A stretch of 63,105 bases of DNA, the filler included, from Octopus bimaculoides (lineage: Eukaryota), in assembly GCF_001194135.2 (NCBI RefSeq). It is 7 parts of 6 records of this genome, joined end to end, with 100 filler letters (N's around TTAATTAATTAA, not from the genome) between each part and the next. Parts side by side here need not be neighbours in the genome. Positions count along the whole stretch, not along the records: positions 34,090 to 47,740 come from NC_068983.1; positions 47,841 to 55,139 come from NC_068984.1; 5 more parts are not named here. One strand, given 5' to 3'. Each line of letters begins with the position of its first letter. Within the stretch, counting starts at the first letter, position 1. The notes under the pieces were generated by a model. That model saw only the letters and a program-made list of their open reading frames with translations, was not told where the DNA came from and ran no database searches. A program made the translations under genes and the position numbers. Shown one piece after another: positions 37,887 through 51,649 of this stretch.

Positions 37887-38304
37887 GGGGGTTAGGGATC
37901 AAATAAGTGCATAAAACATGGAAAAAATAGTATTCAAATACCAAACGTAGAGCAATATACTTTTATGAAAGCTGCAAAATTATCGCAAAATACGATTACT
38001 CAGAGTTTCACGTTCCCCTCCGTTGGAGAGTTGTGATGAAAACTGAATTAAATTTGTGAAGGTACATGTAATATAGTGTGACGTAGCTCAAATACACGAA
38101 TAAGCATTTCAATCTGAAGGGGTGGTTGATTATCAAAACATTATTGTCTAATATTCGTTACCAGTTAGGTATTGGGGTGGGGATGAAAATTACCAGTAAG
38201 GTGTTTATAGATATAAATATTATAATAAGATCGAAAAACACCTTGCTTAAAGCGGAGAGGGAGTCCATAAAATAATTAATCAATTGATTATAATTGGTCT
38301 TGTG

Positions 38305-38375
38305 GAGGTGCAATGGCCCAGTGGTTAGTGCAGCGGACTCGCGGTCGAGGATCGTGGTTTCGATTCCCAGACCAT
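38305..38375 (+). mobile_element. SINE family C head only
   Basis: tggaggtgcaatggcccagtggttag..ggtttcgattcccagacc. Confidence 0.75.
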
Positions 38376-38439
38376 AGAAACCGGAAAACCGGGCCCATGA
38401 GCCTGGCTAGGCTTTCAAAGGGCGAAAAAAAATTGGTCT

Positions 38440-38637
38440 TAAATTTTGGCACAAGACCATCAATTTTTGGCTGGGTGGGGGTGAAATTCGACTATATCGA
38501 CTCCAGTGCTCAGCTGGTACTTATTTTATCGACTCCCGTAAAAAAAGGTTAGATTCAGCCATGAACTTAGAACGTAGTGACTAGTGACGGACGAAATGCC
38601 ATTAAGCGTGCTTACGATTTTGCCTGCTCGCTAGCTT
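38440..38637 (-). mobile_element. SINE family A
   Basis: Reverse-complement core. Confidence 0.7.
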
Positions 38638-39056
38638 AACAATTAATAACATAGTATAAGCCTAATACTAATGTAGTGTATGGTAGTTATTAACTATGCC
38701 ACTACGGTAAATATTCTATCAGTCAAAAACAAGCCAACCATTGTCAGCTGAGATCTTTCAATCGCTGTCTTCCTTCATTTGGCAACACAGAGAAACTTAA
38801 TAATGAATATATTTCATTTGGACAATTGGCAAATGTATATAAATGCAAATTTGTGTATCTTTTAAATTCTGCTTCAGAATATTCACTCTGATGTTTCAGT
38901 AGCAGTAGTCTGTATTTGATGGGGGCTTCATTTTCTCTTCTTTCTACTTATATAAGTATGTGTATGAGTGCTTGTCTGTCTATATGTACAAGTACATAGA
39001 ACTTAGATGGTTTCTATATATAGAAGCATTTACTTATCTCTCTCTCTCTCTCTCTC

Positions 39057-39102
<46 letters not shown>

Positions 39103-39938
39103 NNNNNNNNNNNNNNNNNNNNNNNNNNNNNNNNNNNNNNNNNNNNNNNNNNNNNNNNNNNNNNNNNNNNNNNNNNNNNNNNNNNNNNNNNNNNNNNNNN
39201 NNNNNNNNNNNNNNNNNNNNNNNNNNNNNNNNNNNNNNNNNNNNNNNNNNNNNNNNNNNNNNNNNNNNNNNNNNNNNNNNNNNNNNNNNNNNNNNNNNNN
39301 NNNNNNNNNNNNNNNNNNNNNNNNNNNNNNNNNNNNNNNNNNNNNNNNNNNNNNNNNNNNNNNNNNNNNNNNNNNNNNNNNNNNNNNNNNNNNNNNNNNN
39401 NNNNNNNNNNNNNNNNNNNNNNNNNNNNNNNNNNNNNNNNNNNNNNNNNNNNNNNNNNNNNNNNNNNNNNNNNNNNNNNNNNNNNNNNNNNNNNNNNNNN
39501 NNNNNNNNNNNNNNNNNNNNNNNNNNNNNNNNNNNNNNNNNNNNNNNNNNNNNNNNNNNNNNNNNNNNNNNNNNNNNNNNNNNNNNNNNNNNNNNNNNNN
39601 NNNNNNNNNNNNNNNNNNNNNNNNNNNNNNNNNNNNNNNNNNNNNNNNNNNNNNNNNNNNNNNNNNNNNNNNNNNNNNNNNNNNNNNNNNNNNNNNNNNN
39701 NNNNNNNNNNNNNNNNNNNNNNNNNNNNNNNNNNNNNNNNNNNNNNNNNNNNNNNNNNNNNNNNNNNNNNNNNNNNNNNNNNNNNNNNNNNNNNNNNNNN
39801 NNNNNNNNNNNNNNNNNNNNNNNNNNNNNNNNNNNNNNNNNNNNNNNNNNNNNNNNNNNNNNNNNNNNNNNNNNNNNNNNNNNNNNNNNNNNNNNNNNNN
39901 NNNNNNNNNNNNNNNNNNNNNNNNNNNNNNNNNNNNNN

Positions 39939-39981
<43 letters not shown>

Positions 39982-40701
39982 TATATATGCATAAATAATT
40001 ATATTCATGTATCTATCTATTTATTTATAGACATGTGTATATGTATGTACGAAGGTATGTATGTGCGTATAAACACATGCACCTCTATGCATAAATAACA
40101 CATTTGACCTAAAGCCAATTCTTAACCTCTTCATTTTTCGTATCTTTCTTAATGTGAAAATTTCTTCATGTGCAACTTTATGAAATATGTCGTTACTTTC
40201 CGTTCCAAGATGTTCTGTAATGAAACACTGAAGTGTCTTCCAATGCATTTATTTCTTCTTAAGTTCTCCCTTTTAATGGCAAGATAAATTGGCAAGGCAG
40301 TTACATTTCCTTTATAAGTTTTCTCTCCAAATCTACTTCGATGTATGCTCAAAGGATCGAAGCTTCTTCCATCTTTTCACTTGAATGTTTACCATTCTAT
40401 GTCTATCTCATTAATCGTATTTGCAGCAGTCGTTGAATTAGTTTACATGAGTGAAACACACTCCGGTGAAGCTCTTCTAATCTTTTTCGGATTAATACGG
40501 TTTGTCGCATATGTCTCTTGCAGACTTTTAGAAATAATGACTTGTTTTGACATGGTGAAAAAGACGTTTCTTTTTTGGTTCTTTGGGAATTATTTTTACA
40601 AGAATCGATACAATATATCGACGTTAGTCCTTTACTCACTGGAAACATATCTATATCTCTGTCTTCTGTAGGATCTGAATTGAGACTGTCGATTGCCATA
40701 T

Positions 40702-40747
<46 letters not shown>

Positions 40748-41319
40748 NNNNNNNNNNNNNNNNNNNNNNNNNNNNNNNNNNNNNNNNNNNNNNNNNNNNN
40801 NNNNNNNNNNNNNNNNNNNNNNNNNNNNNNNNNNNNNNNNNNNNNNNNNNNNNNNNNNNNNNNNNNNNNNNNNNNNNNNNNNNNNNNNNNNNNNNNNNNN
40901 NNNNNNNNNNNNNNNNNNNNNNNNNNNNNNNNNNNNNNNNNNNNNNNNNNNNNNNNNNNNNNNNNNNNNNNNNNNNNNNNNNNNNNNNNNNNNNNNNNNN
41001 NNNNNNNNNNNNNNNNNNNNNNNNNNNNNNNNNNNNNNNNNNNNNNNNNNNNNNNNNNNNNNNNNNNNNNNNNNNNNNNNNNNNNNNNNNNNNNNNNNNN
41101 NNNNNNNNNNNNNNNNNNNNNNNNNNNNNNNNNNNNNNNNNNNNNNNNNNNNNNNNNNNNNNNNNNNNNNNNNNNNNNNNNNNNNNNNNNNNNNNNNNNN
41201 NNNNNNNNNNNNNNNNNNNNNNNNNNNNNNNNNNNNNNNNNNNNNNNNNNNNNNNNNNNNNNNNNNNNNNNNNNNNNNNNNNNNNNNNNNNNNNNNNNAA
41301 AGAGTGAGAGGAAGTTGCG

Positions 41320-41485
41320 GTGAAAGAGTACAGCAGGGTTCGCCGCCGCCCCCCGCCGAAGCTTCGTGAAGCATTAGGTGTTTTCGCTCAGTAAACACTC
41401 ACAACGCCCGGTCTGGGAATCGAAACCGCGATCCTACGACCGCCAGTCCACTGCCCCTAAGCACCAGGCCATTGTGCCTCCACAA
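41320..41485 (-). mobile_element. SINE family C, 5' half
   Basis: Reverse complement of head and first body block; rest in gap. Confidence 0.8.
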
Positions 41486-41735
41486 TTAATCATTACTTTG
41501 AAACTCAATATGGAAATGCTGTGAATTATGAAAAGTCATTTTTACTCCGTTGATTTCTTCACTTCGTAAAGAAATGCATAGAAAAAAAGAAGATTTGCTT
41601 GGATTTATTTACATTACTAATGTACGCATCGTTCAATACACTCATGATATATCCACCTGATAAATAGTCAACAATTGAAATCAATGCATAAAAGAGAAGC
41701 TGTACATAACATTAGATATTACACGTTGAAATATA

Positions 41736-42037
41736 CACCTTTTCCTCGACTTACGAACGAGTTCCGTTCCCACTGAGATCTGGTCGTATATCAGATTTAT
41801 ATTTTTCAACACTATTTTCATTCATGCAACTGCTGCTTGAAAGTGACTGAGTGAGAGACAGTGGCGGACAGTGGATGCCTGGGTCTGAGAGAAGCCTGCT
41901 TTGCCAGATGGTGCCATAGTTATCGTACGCGCAACTGCCCAACGTCCAAAAATCGATTCTTTATTTACTTATTTTTGTTTTTTGTGGCCATAAGTCGCAT
42001 AGGTCGTAAGTCACGTAGATCGTAAGTCGAAAAGGTG
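41736..42037. mobile_element. pogo/Tigger-like MITE, 302 bp
   Basis: TIRs caccttttcctcgacttacga and tcgtaagtcgaaaaggtg; TA duplication at 41734-41735 and 42038-42039. Confidence 0.8.
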
Positions 42038-42149
42038 TATAATCCATAAGGTTGAACCATTATCTAAAGTATTGTACAGTTTAGTTTAAATATGAAACTG
42101 TTTTGTGAAGAGACTAACTAAACTAGATTCAATATCGGCACGATATTCC

Positions 42150-42619
42150 ATTTCTTTTCCATGTTTCAGTCATTTGACTGCGGCCATGCTGGATCACCGC
42201 CTTTAGTCGACTTAATTGACCCCAGAGTTTATTCTATGGGTCCGTTTTGCCGAACCCCTAAGTTACAGCGACGTAAACACACTAGCATCGGTTGTGAAGC
42301 GATAAACATATACAAACACATACATACATACGTACATACATACACACACACATATATATATATTAGAAGGTTGATGTACAGGTATTATATATTAGAAAAA
42401 TTAAGGTACTGAGAAATCTAGATGGCTGTACATTTACAGATTTTTATTAATATGTCACGTTTTTATAAATCATATATTAGCGCTTGCATCTACTCTAATA
42501 GATTCTTCAGATTAAAATTTTTTGAGGGGATTCGTCTCTTTTTATAGTATTATTGAGTGTGTAGGTGTGGAGAGAGATATAGGATAGTAAAAAAAGAGGC
42601 TGAGGAATGAGGAGAACGT

Positions 42620-42658
<39 letters not shown>

Positions 42659-42905
42659 TGTGTGTGTGTGTGTTTGTGTGACTGTCTACCTGAAAGGAGT
42701 GTCAATGGAAAAGAGAAGGAAACAAAGAAGTAAGAGAGAAAGAAGTTTCCATCTTACAAATCCACTCAGAAGGCTTTTATCAGCCCTCGGCTATAGTAGA
42801 AGACACTTGCCCATGGTGCCACGCAGTGAGACTGAACCCAGGACCATGTGGTTGGTAAGCAAGCTACTTATCACACAGCCACTTCTGTGCCTATACAGCT
42901 ACTCC
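42150..42905 (-). mobile_element. SINE family B split in two (3' part 42150-42345, 5' part 42735-42905)
   Basis: Both halves in the same orientation, separated by about 400 bp of low-complexity DNA. Confidence 0.65.
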
Positions 42906-43049
42906 TGAGATCTTGGACATTTACAAAAATGATAATTACAACATTATTCTGAAAAACATGTTGGAGGTTGTTCTTTACTGACGAAGTTATAACAAGATCG
43001 AAACTAGACTCAGTTATCTCATGTAATTCCCAGAAGTGATCAGAATATG

Positions 43050-43232
43050 AGTTTCAAATTTTGGCACCAGACCAGTAAGTTTATGGAAGGAGGTAAGTCG
43101 ATTACCTGAACCAGTACTTATTTTATCAATACCAAAGCTTAAAAAGGTAAAGTCGAACGTAAAGATGGTATGGACAAAATGCCGCTAAGCATTTTGCACC
43201 GAATTCTAACAATTCTTCCTGTTCACCGCCTC
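43050..43232 (-). mobile_element. SINE family A
   Basis: Reverse-complement core. Confidence 0.65.
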
Positions 43233-44424
43233 GCAAAAGATTAGAATATTGTTTGCGGTTAAGTTTATTTCCTTCATACTGCATAACTATCGATGTATAA
43301 AATATCACAGCAAAACACCATACAAGTATGGGCTCTCTAAACTTATCCAAAATGGAACTAGGTCAAAACATTAATCTTATATATCTTGGACAAAGAAATA
43401 CACTCGGCTGTGTATTATGGTCTTGTTATTAATTTACTGCAAGACTAAAATATCTTATTAGCATAAAGTCATTGACTAGCTTATAACACAAAGCGACAAC
43501 CCAACGTTCTGTCTCTTCCCCACTCCCGGCTATAGGGCATGAACCCGAATTGTTCGTCCCTTCACGCTTCAGAGAAATCGATCTTAACAAACTGTTTTAT
43601 GAACTCTTATATGGACTATTTATTGCCGGCGCAGACAATCAACGTTTTCCTTTCATTCCGGATTTTGCTCCAAAATATATTAGGATACAAAATTAATAAA
43701 ACGAATTTAGTCACTTGTCCGACATATTTTTATCAACTCGCTGCCGTTAGCTACTATAAATAACTGAAAGAATCTTTCATTTTGTAGACGAAGAATCAAA
43801 CCCGAAATTAAAGTTCGTGTTAAACATTCTTTGGAAATTGGTTTGTTTCATAAGTTTATTTAAAACTTAGTTTGACACGGATTTCTTTTGTAATCAACGT
43901 TTATAAGTATATTGTACGTTGTGACAGACGAATAAGAACGTGAATAGAAACACGCATATATATATGCATATACACACATATACGCATGCATACGAAATTG
44001 CATGTATAAATTCATAGATATTATATATAGGGTTGGCCAAAAGTCACCTGACAGTAAATCAAAGCCCATTTAATTCCAAGATTAAAACAAAAAAAATAAT
44101 TTTATAATAGATTTCGCTATAATAGATTAAACAGATGACAAGGCTAAAATGCAAATATAGCAGCGTAATATAGAAAATATATGCAATACTCTTATCTAGC
44201 ATAAATTTAGTTTTTCACCAAAAATATTTTCATTTAATCAAAACGATTCTATGTTTGTGTTTCTGTTTGAATTCATTGTAACCAAACGAACTTCAAGCGG
44301 TATGTAAATTGCTTCCTCATAATAATAACGTGTGTTACGGTTTGCACAAGTTTTAATGTTGTTTGTAACTTATGCAGTTTATATTTGGTGTAAATTAACG
44401 TATTCTTTTATTATTCCTTTAATT

Positions 44425-44810
44425 GCTTTAGGTACTTGGATGCGGCGGTGCTGGAGCACCACCTTAAACGGTTTTATTCGAAGAAGTCGACCCCCACCCC
44501 TCGGACTTAATAAATTTTAGCCTATTACTTATCCTATCGACCCTCTTTTGCCGAAACTCTAGGTTACGGGGACGTAAATACGCCAACACAAATACAGATA
44601 CACGCACGCGCACACACATTAACATATACGACGGGCTTCTTTCAGTTTCCGTCTACCAAATCCACTCACAAGACTTTGGTCAGCCCGATTCTATAGTAGA
44701 AGACACTTAGCCAACGGGTCTTGGGCAAGTGGAGGACGCAGGTGGACTGAACCCGGAACCATGTGGTTGGGAAGCAAGCTTCTTACCCCACAGTCACGCC
44801 TGCACCTGTA
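44425..44810 (-). mobile_element. SINE family B, near full length
   Basis: Reverse-complement blocks including head. Confidence 0.8.
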
Positions 44811-45399
44811 AGTTGTTGAGTTTTAAAAGTGATGATACATGCCACCCGATCCATCAGTTTCAGTTACCACACATTCTGTGATTTATTCATAAACTTTATT
44901 TACACAGTGCGATTAAATAGGGAAAATTTTTATGAAATACTTTGTATAAGATTTCCATCATATGACATAGAAAATATCGGTTTACCTGCAATCGCCGAAG
45001 ATTAGAGCTTAATTTGCATTTAGATGGACCTCCATTTGGAAAATCTAAGAGTTATAAGCAAAACCCTTAATCTTATAGGCGTAGGCATGGCTATGTGGTT
45101 AAAAAGTTCCATTTTGCAACTACTTCTGTACCAGGTTCAAACAGAGGTCAGGGCTGAAAAGCAAGCCTAAAACATCAGAAATACGCCTGTTTATAAAAGT
45201 GGTCGTGCAATATTTGAGAAGGAGCACTACATAGGTCGCTGTCAGATAAGTCTGTGATAAATTTGACCTCTGTGTTGAGAGATGTTTTTCGACAGGAGGT
45301 CGATGTAGACGTAAATCATGGTGATTCGTGGTCATGGTGATGTGTGGCCACTAGAAATATACAGGGGTTCATGATCCTCATAAGATTTTAAAACACAAT

Positions 45400-45830
45400 C
45401 GACGTGGTATCCACAGCAGAATGACAAACTGCTTCATTTGTGGTCTTGAAGAAAACATCCTATGTTTTGCCTGCTCAGAAGTTTTAAAAAGATAATAAAG
45501 ATTTTAGTAAAGTCTCAGAGATTGCAGTTCTATCAGAACACTATGGCACAATTGTAGAGCCGCAAAAGAATTGGCACGTTTGTAAGTAGTCAAGAGCAAA
45601 GATCCCACTCCACTAGATAAACAGGCAAGAATAATGTGAAACATCCGTAGCAAAAGCAACAGCTGCAAGAACTAAGTCACACCAGTAACCATCTTGCTCA
45701 CTTACGAGAATAATACACAGGCTTGTCCAACAAGAAAAATAAAACAGAAAGCTAAAATATGTCTCAGAGCATGCAGTCGTTAAAGGCAATGAAAAAGCAG
45801 GAAGAAGCTTACAACCAACATTAAGAGAAT
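45400..45830 (+). mobile_element. Possible decayed RNase H-containing retroelement fragment
   Basis: RKLKYVSEHAVVKGNEKAG at 45746-45802 resembles RNase H WVPGHAGVKGNEKAD; no other firm motif. Confidence 0.3.
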
Positions 45831-47122
45831 TTTGATTCAACCTTGTGGGGTGTTAATCTGCGAAAAAAAAAGGGCTTTCTTTCGTGAAAATGAGCACCTC
45901 TATGGTGGCGGAGAAGGAATTTGTCTGTCATGACAGGGGTCCCGATTCAAGTTAGGAAAACCGAACATCCAGTACGAATCAGACTGTTGTCATAGACATT
46001 CAAAGACCCTGCAACGATTCAGTAGAATATACATATATAACATGCAGATAACCAACTGACGAATGATTTAAAGAAACTGCATAAAGTTAAAGATAAACGC
46101 ATCAAGTTCAGATGCACGAGAAGATGCGCTACCATTATGTGAATGATACCCTGGACAGACAACTGGTGTAAACAATCTAACGAAACTGTTATATTTTCAC
46201 TCTTAGAAGGAAGTGGTTTTTTTTTTATTATTCCTTCCGACATCTGTGTTTCTGTGGGCGTCTTCGAAAAAGAACTTTTTCAGTCGCTTCATGCAGCAAA
46301 GGACAGTGAAGCGAAATGTGGTCTTGGTAATCGACTAGTCCTTCCCCTTAAATTTCAGGTTTAGCGCCTAGAGGAGAAATAATTATTATTGTTGTTAATG
46401 TTGCTGTGTTCATTTCTTTATTATTGTGCGTTACTATGAAGAAATGTGTCTTCACCTTACTCCGACATAACAGCCGTTCTATATGGATATATTTTTTAAT
46501 TTTGGCTGTTTCTGTTTACACTCATTTTAAGATGGTTTCTCGTCAGAGTAACGCCTCCTCAAAACAAGTAAAAAAAATTGAACAAATTAAAAGAACACAT
46601 TTCATTTCACAGCAAGACCCACACATTGTTCACAGAGAAAATAATGATTATAGTTAAAAATGTCAATTTGATCCATTTGAACATCAATGTTAAAAACAAC
46701 ACGCACACATTTTGCCACATGATAAAAACATGCAACTATTTTAATGAGAGAAAGTAGTGTTTTGAGCTTTAGAGAAATGAATGACAGCCGTATGATGGAT
46801 GACTTGAAATTAGACGATGGGCACATTCTGCTAATTGATATGGTGGAACTAAAACTAGAAAAACAATTCTAAAGACATTTGATGAAAGAAATACACGCTG
46901 ACAGCCTATGGACACCTGGAAAGCGCCTGTCCAGAGAACAAAGGATGCTACACGTTTGTCGTATGCAAAAAGTGCTTAGAAGGTCATTTGAATGTAATTG
47001 AATGGAATATCTTCTACAATAAACGAGTTGTAACTTATAGAGATCATTTTTTGAATTTCTGCAACATTTAAAATTTTGATGTTGCTCGCACGATGTTGCT
47101 CATATTATTTATGATGTCTTAC

Positions 47123-47555
47123 GGCAGCGAGCTGGCAAGACCGTTGGCACGCTGGGCAAAATGCTTAGAGGATATTCATCTGTTTCTACGTCCTGAGTTC
47201 AAATTACCCCTAGGTCGACGTTTTCATCCTTAGGGTGTCGATAAAATAAGTACCAGTTGAGTGCTAGTATCGATGTAATCGACTTCTTTGTCCCATCGGA
47301 ATCGTCACAGTCTCTATGCCAAAATTGGAAAGCATCATTAATGAACCTCTAATGTTACGAGCTGGTAAAATCTTTACCCGTCGAAGAAAAGGCTTAGACG
47401 AGCTTCCACAGGCTTTACGACGTGACATCAAATTTCGCCAAGGTTTACTTTGCATTTCATCCTTCGTGGTCAATGAAATCAGTACCAGCCGAGTACTGAG
47501 GTCAATGAAATCTACTTCCGTCTCCCCAAAATTTCCGGACTTGTCTCAAAATTTA
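47123..47555 (+). mobile_element. SINE family A, two copies
   Basis: cggcagcgagctgg head at about 47123; second degenerate copy about 47370-47555. Confidence 0.7.
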
Positions 47556-47559
47556 AAAC

Positions 47560-47621
<62 letters not shown>

Positions 47622-48875
47622 TCATTATTATTATTGTTGTTGTTGTTGTTGTTGTTGTTGTTATTATTATCGTGCTTTATCTGGTTTAGGATAAGAAACC
47701 GAATTTGTTCCTTCTATATAAAAAAAAGCATTAAATTTGTNNNNNNNNNNNNNNNNNNNNNNNNNNNNNNNNNNNNNNNNNNNNTTAATTAATTAANNNN
47801 NNNNNNNNNNNNNNNNNNNNNNNNNNNNNNNNNNNNNNNNAAAAAAAAAAAAAAAAGACGAAGACAAGTTGTGTAGAAAACAAAGGAACACAGAAAGAAA
47901 ACAAGGAGAGAAAAAAAGAATGTGTAGTGGCTAGCAATCTATCATGGCGAATGTATGCATGTATGCACATGTGTGCTCGCGCGCATAAGTGCTTAAAACG
48001 CATGTTCATGACACAATCATAATAGTTGACAGAAATAAGAAAAGTTGCTTAAAATAAGTTTTAAAAATCAAAATACATCGACAAAATCCTGATGAATACT
48101 ATAAAATACAACTGTTAGCACTTTTAACTATCATATTGGCTCTTTAGATAATAAAATTATATTTGGTAGGAATTATCAATATTTCTTTCAGGTTTAGTTT
48201 CCGACTGAAATTTTTTTATAAAGTGTCTTTCTTTTGCTTTGCGTAATTATTCGTCATCTTGCTTTATTTTGAAAAAGGAGGATATTTTAAACATTTACAT
48301 AAATGTCAAGATGTTCACTACATGGATAGTTGATTTGTTGCTTATGTATCCCGATTCTATCTATTAATTCTATCCCTATTTGACTGATAAAGCACATAAG
48401 TTGAAATAGTGAGACATATATCCACCCATACACTTATGTCTCAGTATTTGCAAGCAGAGAAATACAAAGACTATGATTAGGATTATCGGCAACTATGCTG
48501 AAAGCTAGACAGGCAGATAGAGAAAATCAGTCTGTAGAGTACCATCAGCTAACAGGTCGTGGCTTAGGTGTAGAACCACCCATCTTTCAAGGAGCTTTGT
48601 TTTTGACTGATTCCCAACTGCACCAGGCCATTGTGGCGACGCGCCTTCTAGCATGAAGACCGGTTCTTGTTTAAGACAAATCTGTTTGATTTGCAACTAA
48701 AACTTTTTCAGTTTATCAGGGTATCGATCGGAATTAATGTTTCGTTAGAGAGAAATATCAAAACAAAACTACACATTTTGCACGTTCATTTACTGTGCAA
48801 GATATTCTCAAATTATATAATAATAAAATTACAAAACTATGAAATCATTAAACATATTAGAGAATATATGAACAA

Positions 48876-49252
48876 CGCAGGTGTGGCTGTGTGGTAAGTA
48901 GTTTGCTTCCCAACTACATGGTTCCGGCTTCACTCCCACTGCGTGGAACTTTGGTCAGGTGTCTTCTACTATAGCTTCGAGCCGACCAAAGCCCTGTGAG
49001 TGGATTTGGTAGACGGAAACTGAAAGAAACCCGTCATATGTGTGTGTGTTCACCACTGGATAACCGGTGTCGGTTTGTTTACGTCCCCGTAACTTAGCAA
49101 TTCGACAAAAGAGGCCAATAAAATAAGTACCAGGCTTTAAGAAACCAAAATAAGTACAGGGGTCAATACATTCGACTAAAATCCTTCAAGGCGGTGCTCC
49201 AGTATGGCAGCAGTCTAATGACTGAAACAAGTAAAAGATAAAAAATAAAAGA
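48876..49252 (+). mobile_element. SINE family B, full length
   Basis: gcaggtgtggctgtgtggtaagtag head to gactgaaacaagtaaaaga tail. Confidence 0.85.
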
Positions 49253-49611
49253 AGGAAAATCTACAGCTTTATCTTTTGATTTTGCTTGTATGTGAGTGTG
49301 CATGTGATCTTGTAAATGTTTTCTTGCATCAATGGTGGAATGCACTCCTGTAGGGATTCTTTGGTTGCCGTGGTGACATTCTGCTTCTCTGTTTGGGCAA
49401 TGTGTCTCGTCTTTATCGTTGCTGCAGTTGTTACTGCTACTACAGCTGGTACTGCAGTTGGTGTCGTTGAGCTTCTGTATGCTGTCTGAGTTGTAGAGAT
49501 CATTAAGGCTGATCGTTTGCGTCTTGGCGAAGCGTTATTCTGATCATTGCTAGTTCTTACTTTCAGAGTATCTTTAATACTAGCGGTATTAATGCTCAAT
49601 GGTTAAAGCGT

Positions 49612-49940
49612 CGCATGGCTCAGTGGTTAAAGCGTCGAGCTTACGATTATGAGGTTGTGAGTTCGTTTCCCGGACCGGGCTGCGCGTTGTATTCTTGAGC
49701 AAGACACTTTACTTCACATTGCTCCAGTTCACTCAGCTGTAGAAATGAGTTGCGACATCACTGGTGCCAAGCTGTATCGGTCTTTGCCTTTCCCTTGGAT
49801 AACATCAGTGGTGTGGGGAGGGGAGGCTGGTATGCATGGGCTACTGCTAGCCTTCCACAAACAACCTTGCCCGGACTTGTGCCTCGGAGGGTAACTTTCT
49901 CGGTGCAATCCCATGGTCATTCATGACCGAAGGGGGTCTC
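49612..49940 (+). mobile_element. SINE family E (head + CORE-like domain as in D, different tail)
   Basis: tggctcagtgg A box, gagttcgtttccc B box, cttgagcaagacacttta..ctcagctgtagaaatgag, then an unrelated tail. Confidence 0.8.
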
Positions 49941-50235
49941 CTCCTCTATTGCTGGTGGAGGCAGAGGTGGTGATGTTGACAGTGACTGGTGGTGGTAGTG
50001 GTGNNNNNNNNNNNNNNNNNNNNNNNNNNNNNNNNNNNNNNNNNNNNNNNNNNNNNNNNNNNNNNNNNNNNNNNNNNNNNNNNNNNNNNNNNNNNNNNNN
50101 NNNNNNNNNNGGAGACAGTGCTGGTGGCGTGGAGACAGTGGTGGTGGCGGCGGCAACGGTACTTCTCGATGACGCGTTACTTTCGTGACGACGGTCGAGC
50201 TACAGGTAGTGATGACAAAATTGGTGGAGGTGTAG

Positions 50236-50455
50236 GGCGGCGAGCTGGAATAATCGTTAGTACGCCGGGCAAAATGCTAAGCGGTATTTCGTCCGTCCTT
50301 ACGTTCTGAGTTCAAACTGCGCCGAGGTCAGTTTTGCCTTTCATCGATTTGGGGTCGATAAAACAAGAACCAGTTGAACGCCGGGGTCGATGTAATCGAC
50401 TTATCCCCTCCTCGAAAATTGCAGGCCTTGTGCCAAAATTTGAAATCAGTATTAA
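50236..50455 (+). mobile_element. SINE family A
   Basis: ggcggcgagctggaataatcgttag head and full core. Confidence 0.85.
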
Positions 50456-50939
50456 TAGAGGTGTTGTTTCTGTTGGTTTCTTTGCAAGTGGCGTGTGTGG
50501 TATAGTCCTTGTTACATTTGTCAAACGTGTTGGTATTGGAAACGACGGTTATGTCGTTATTGTTAACACTTTCAACGAAACGGTAGACTTTTCAGGAAAG
50601 AGCACCTCCTTATCTCTCCTATCACTTCTATTACTTAGCTGTTACTGACGCCTGTTAATAATCTGGAGGAGAGAGGGAGAATTTTCTAACTAAAATTTGA
50701 AAAATCAAAATTTAACAAATTAGACCCCTTAAAGAATGCAAAAACAAACGACACGTTCTCTATGCGAATGATCGCTTCCGTAACAAAATAATCAGTAATA
50801 AACAAAAATAAATTTCTGATCAAAACTTACGGAGCGATAAAGAAAGCATGTCGCCTGTGGACAGAAGAGTTTAATGATTCCCAAATGGAAATTTCTTCAG
50901 TGCCGTAGGAAATGCATTCAAGTCCCCCCATCCGTCCAT

Positions 50940-51200
50940 CTTCTCTATTCCTGAGAGGGTTGTAAGGGTAAAGTCCTATCAGAAGCAACCGGCATTACAC
51001 TTATGACGTGGATTCCCAAGCGTGACCAACTGAGACTATAGATATTGTCCAACCATCTCATCGTTAGTCTATCCCTAGGTCTCGTATCGGTTGGCTTCTT
51101 GATCGCCGGACTACGCACTCTGTCGAGTAACGTTACTCCAGAGATCCTTTTTAAAATTCTACGATAAAAAAGGCTGCGAACCACACAAGAATCCTCAATG
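50940..51200 (-). mobile_element. RTE-clade LINE 3' fragment with internal deletion
   Basis: FYRRILKRISGVTLLDRVRS...RPRDRLTMRWLDNI..LSWSRLGI, typical RTE RT C-terminus. Confidence 0.7.
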
Positions 51201-51424
51201 TGATCACTCGACTTGCTTTCAATAGGAGCAAAACTTTCCCTATATCACATTTTAACATCTTCAAAAACGGATATCATAAAATCACTGTGGATAATGCAGT
51301 TTAAATACATAATTTCTGATTAAATGATAAGGTAGTCATGGTTAGAACGCCTTTGATCGTAGGTCTGCACAACCCGAACAACATAAGGCATTAAAACTAC
51401 ATTGTTTTTTTTTTATTTTACCTT

Positions 51425-51607
51425 TTATTATTTTTTTGTCACTGAACTGCGGCCATGCTGGGGCACCGCGTTAGAGGGTTTAGTCGATTAAATGGACTCC
51501 AGTACTTATCCTTTTAAGTCCGGTACCTAGTCTATCGTTCTTTTTCCTCGAACCACTAAGTTGCGGGGATGTATATTATTCAACAAAGGTTTGTCAAGCG
51601 GTGATGG

Positions 51608-51649
<42 letters not shown>

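Noticed and set aside
40021-40700. Coding-like composition on the minus strand
   Set aside because: Multiple stops and frameshifts, no identifiable domain.
44965-45035. Minus-strand mini-exon candidate (ttag|...gcag|gtaaac, DFPNGGPSKCKLSSNLRRLQ)
   Set aside because: The only open frame starts in phase 1 whereas the LamG exon ends in phase 0, and the peptide is not LamG-like.
46400-47050. Possible piggyBac C-terminal Cys-rich remnant
   Set aside because: Cys spacing is inconsistent and no TTAA/TIR pair was found.
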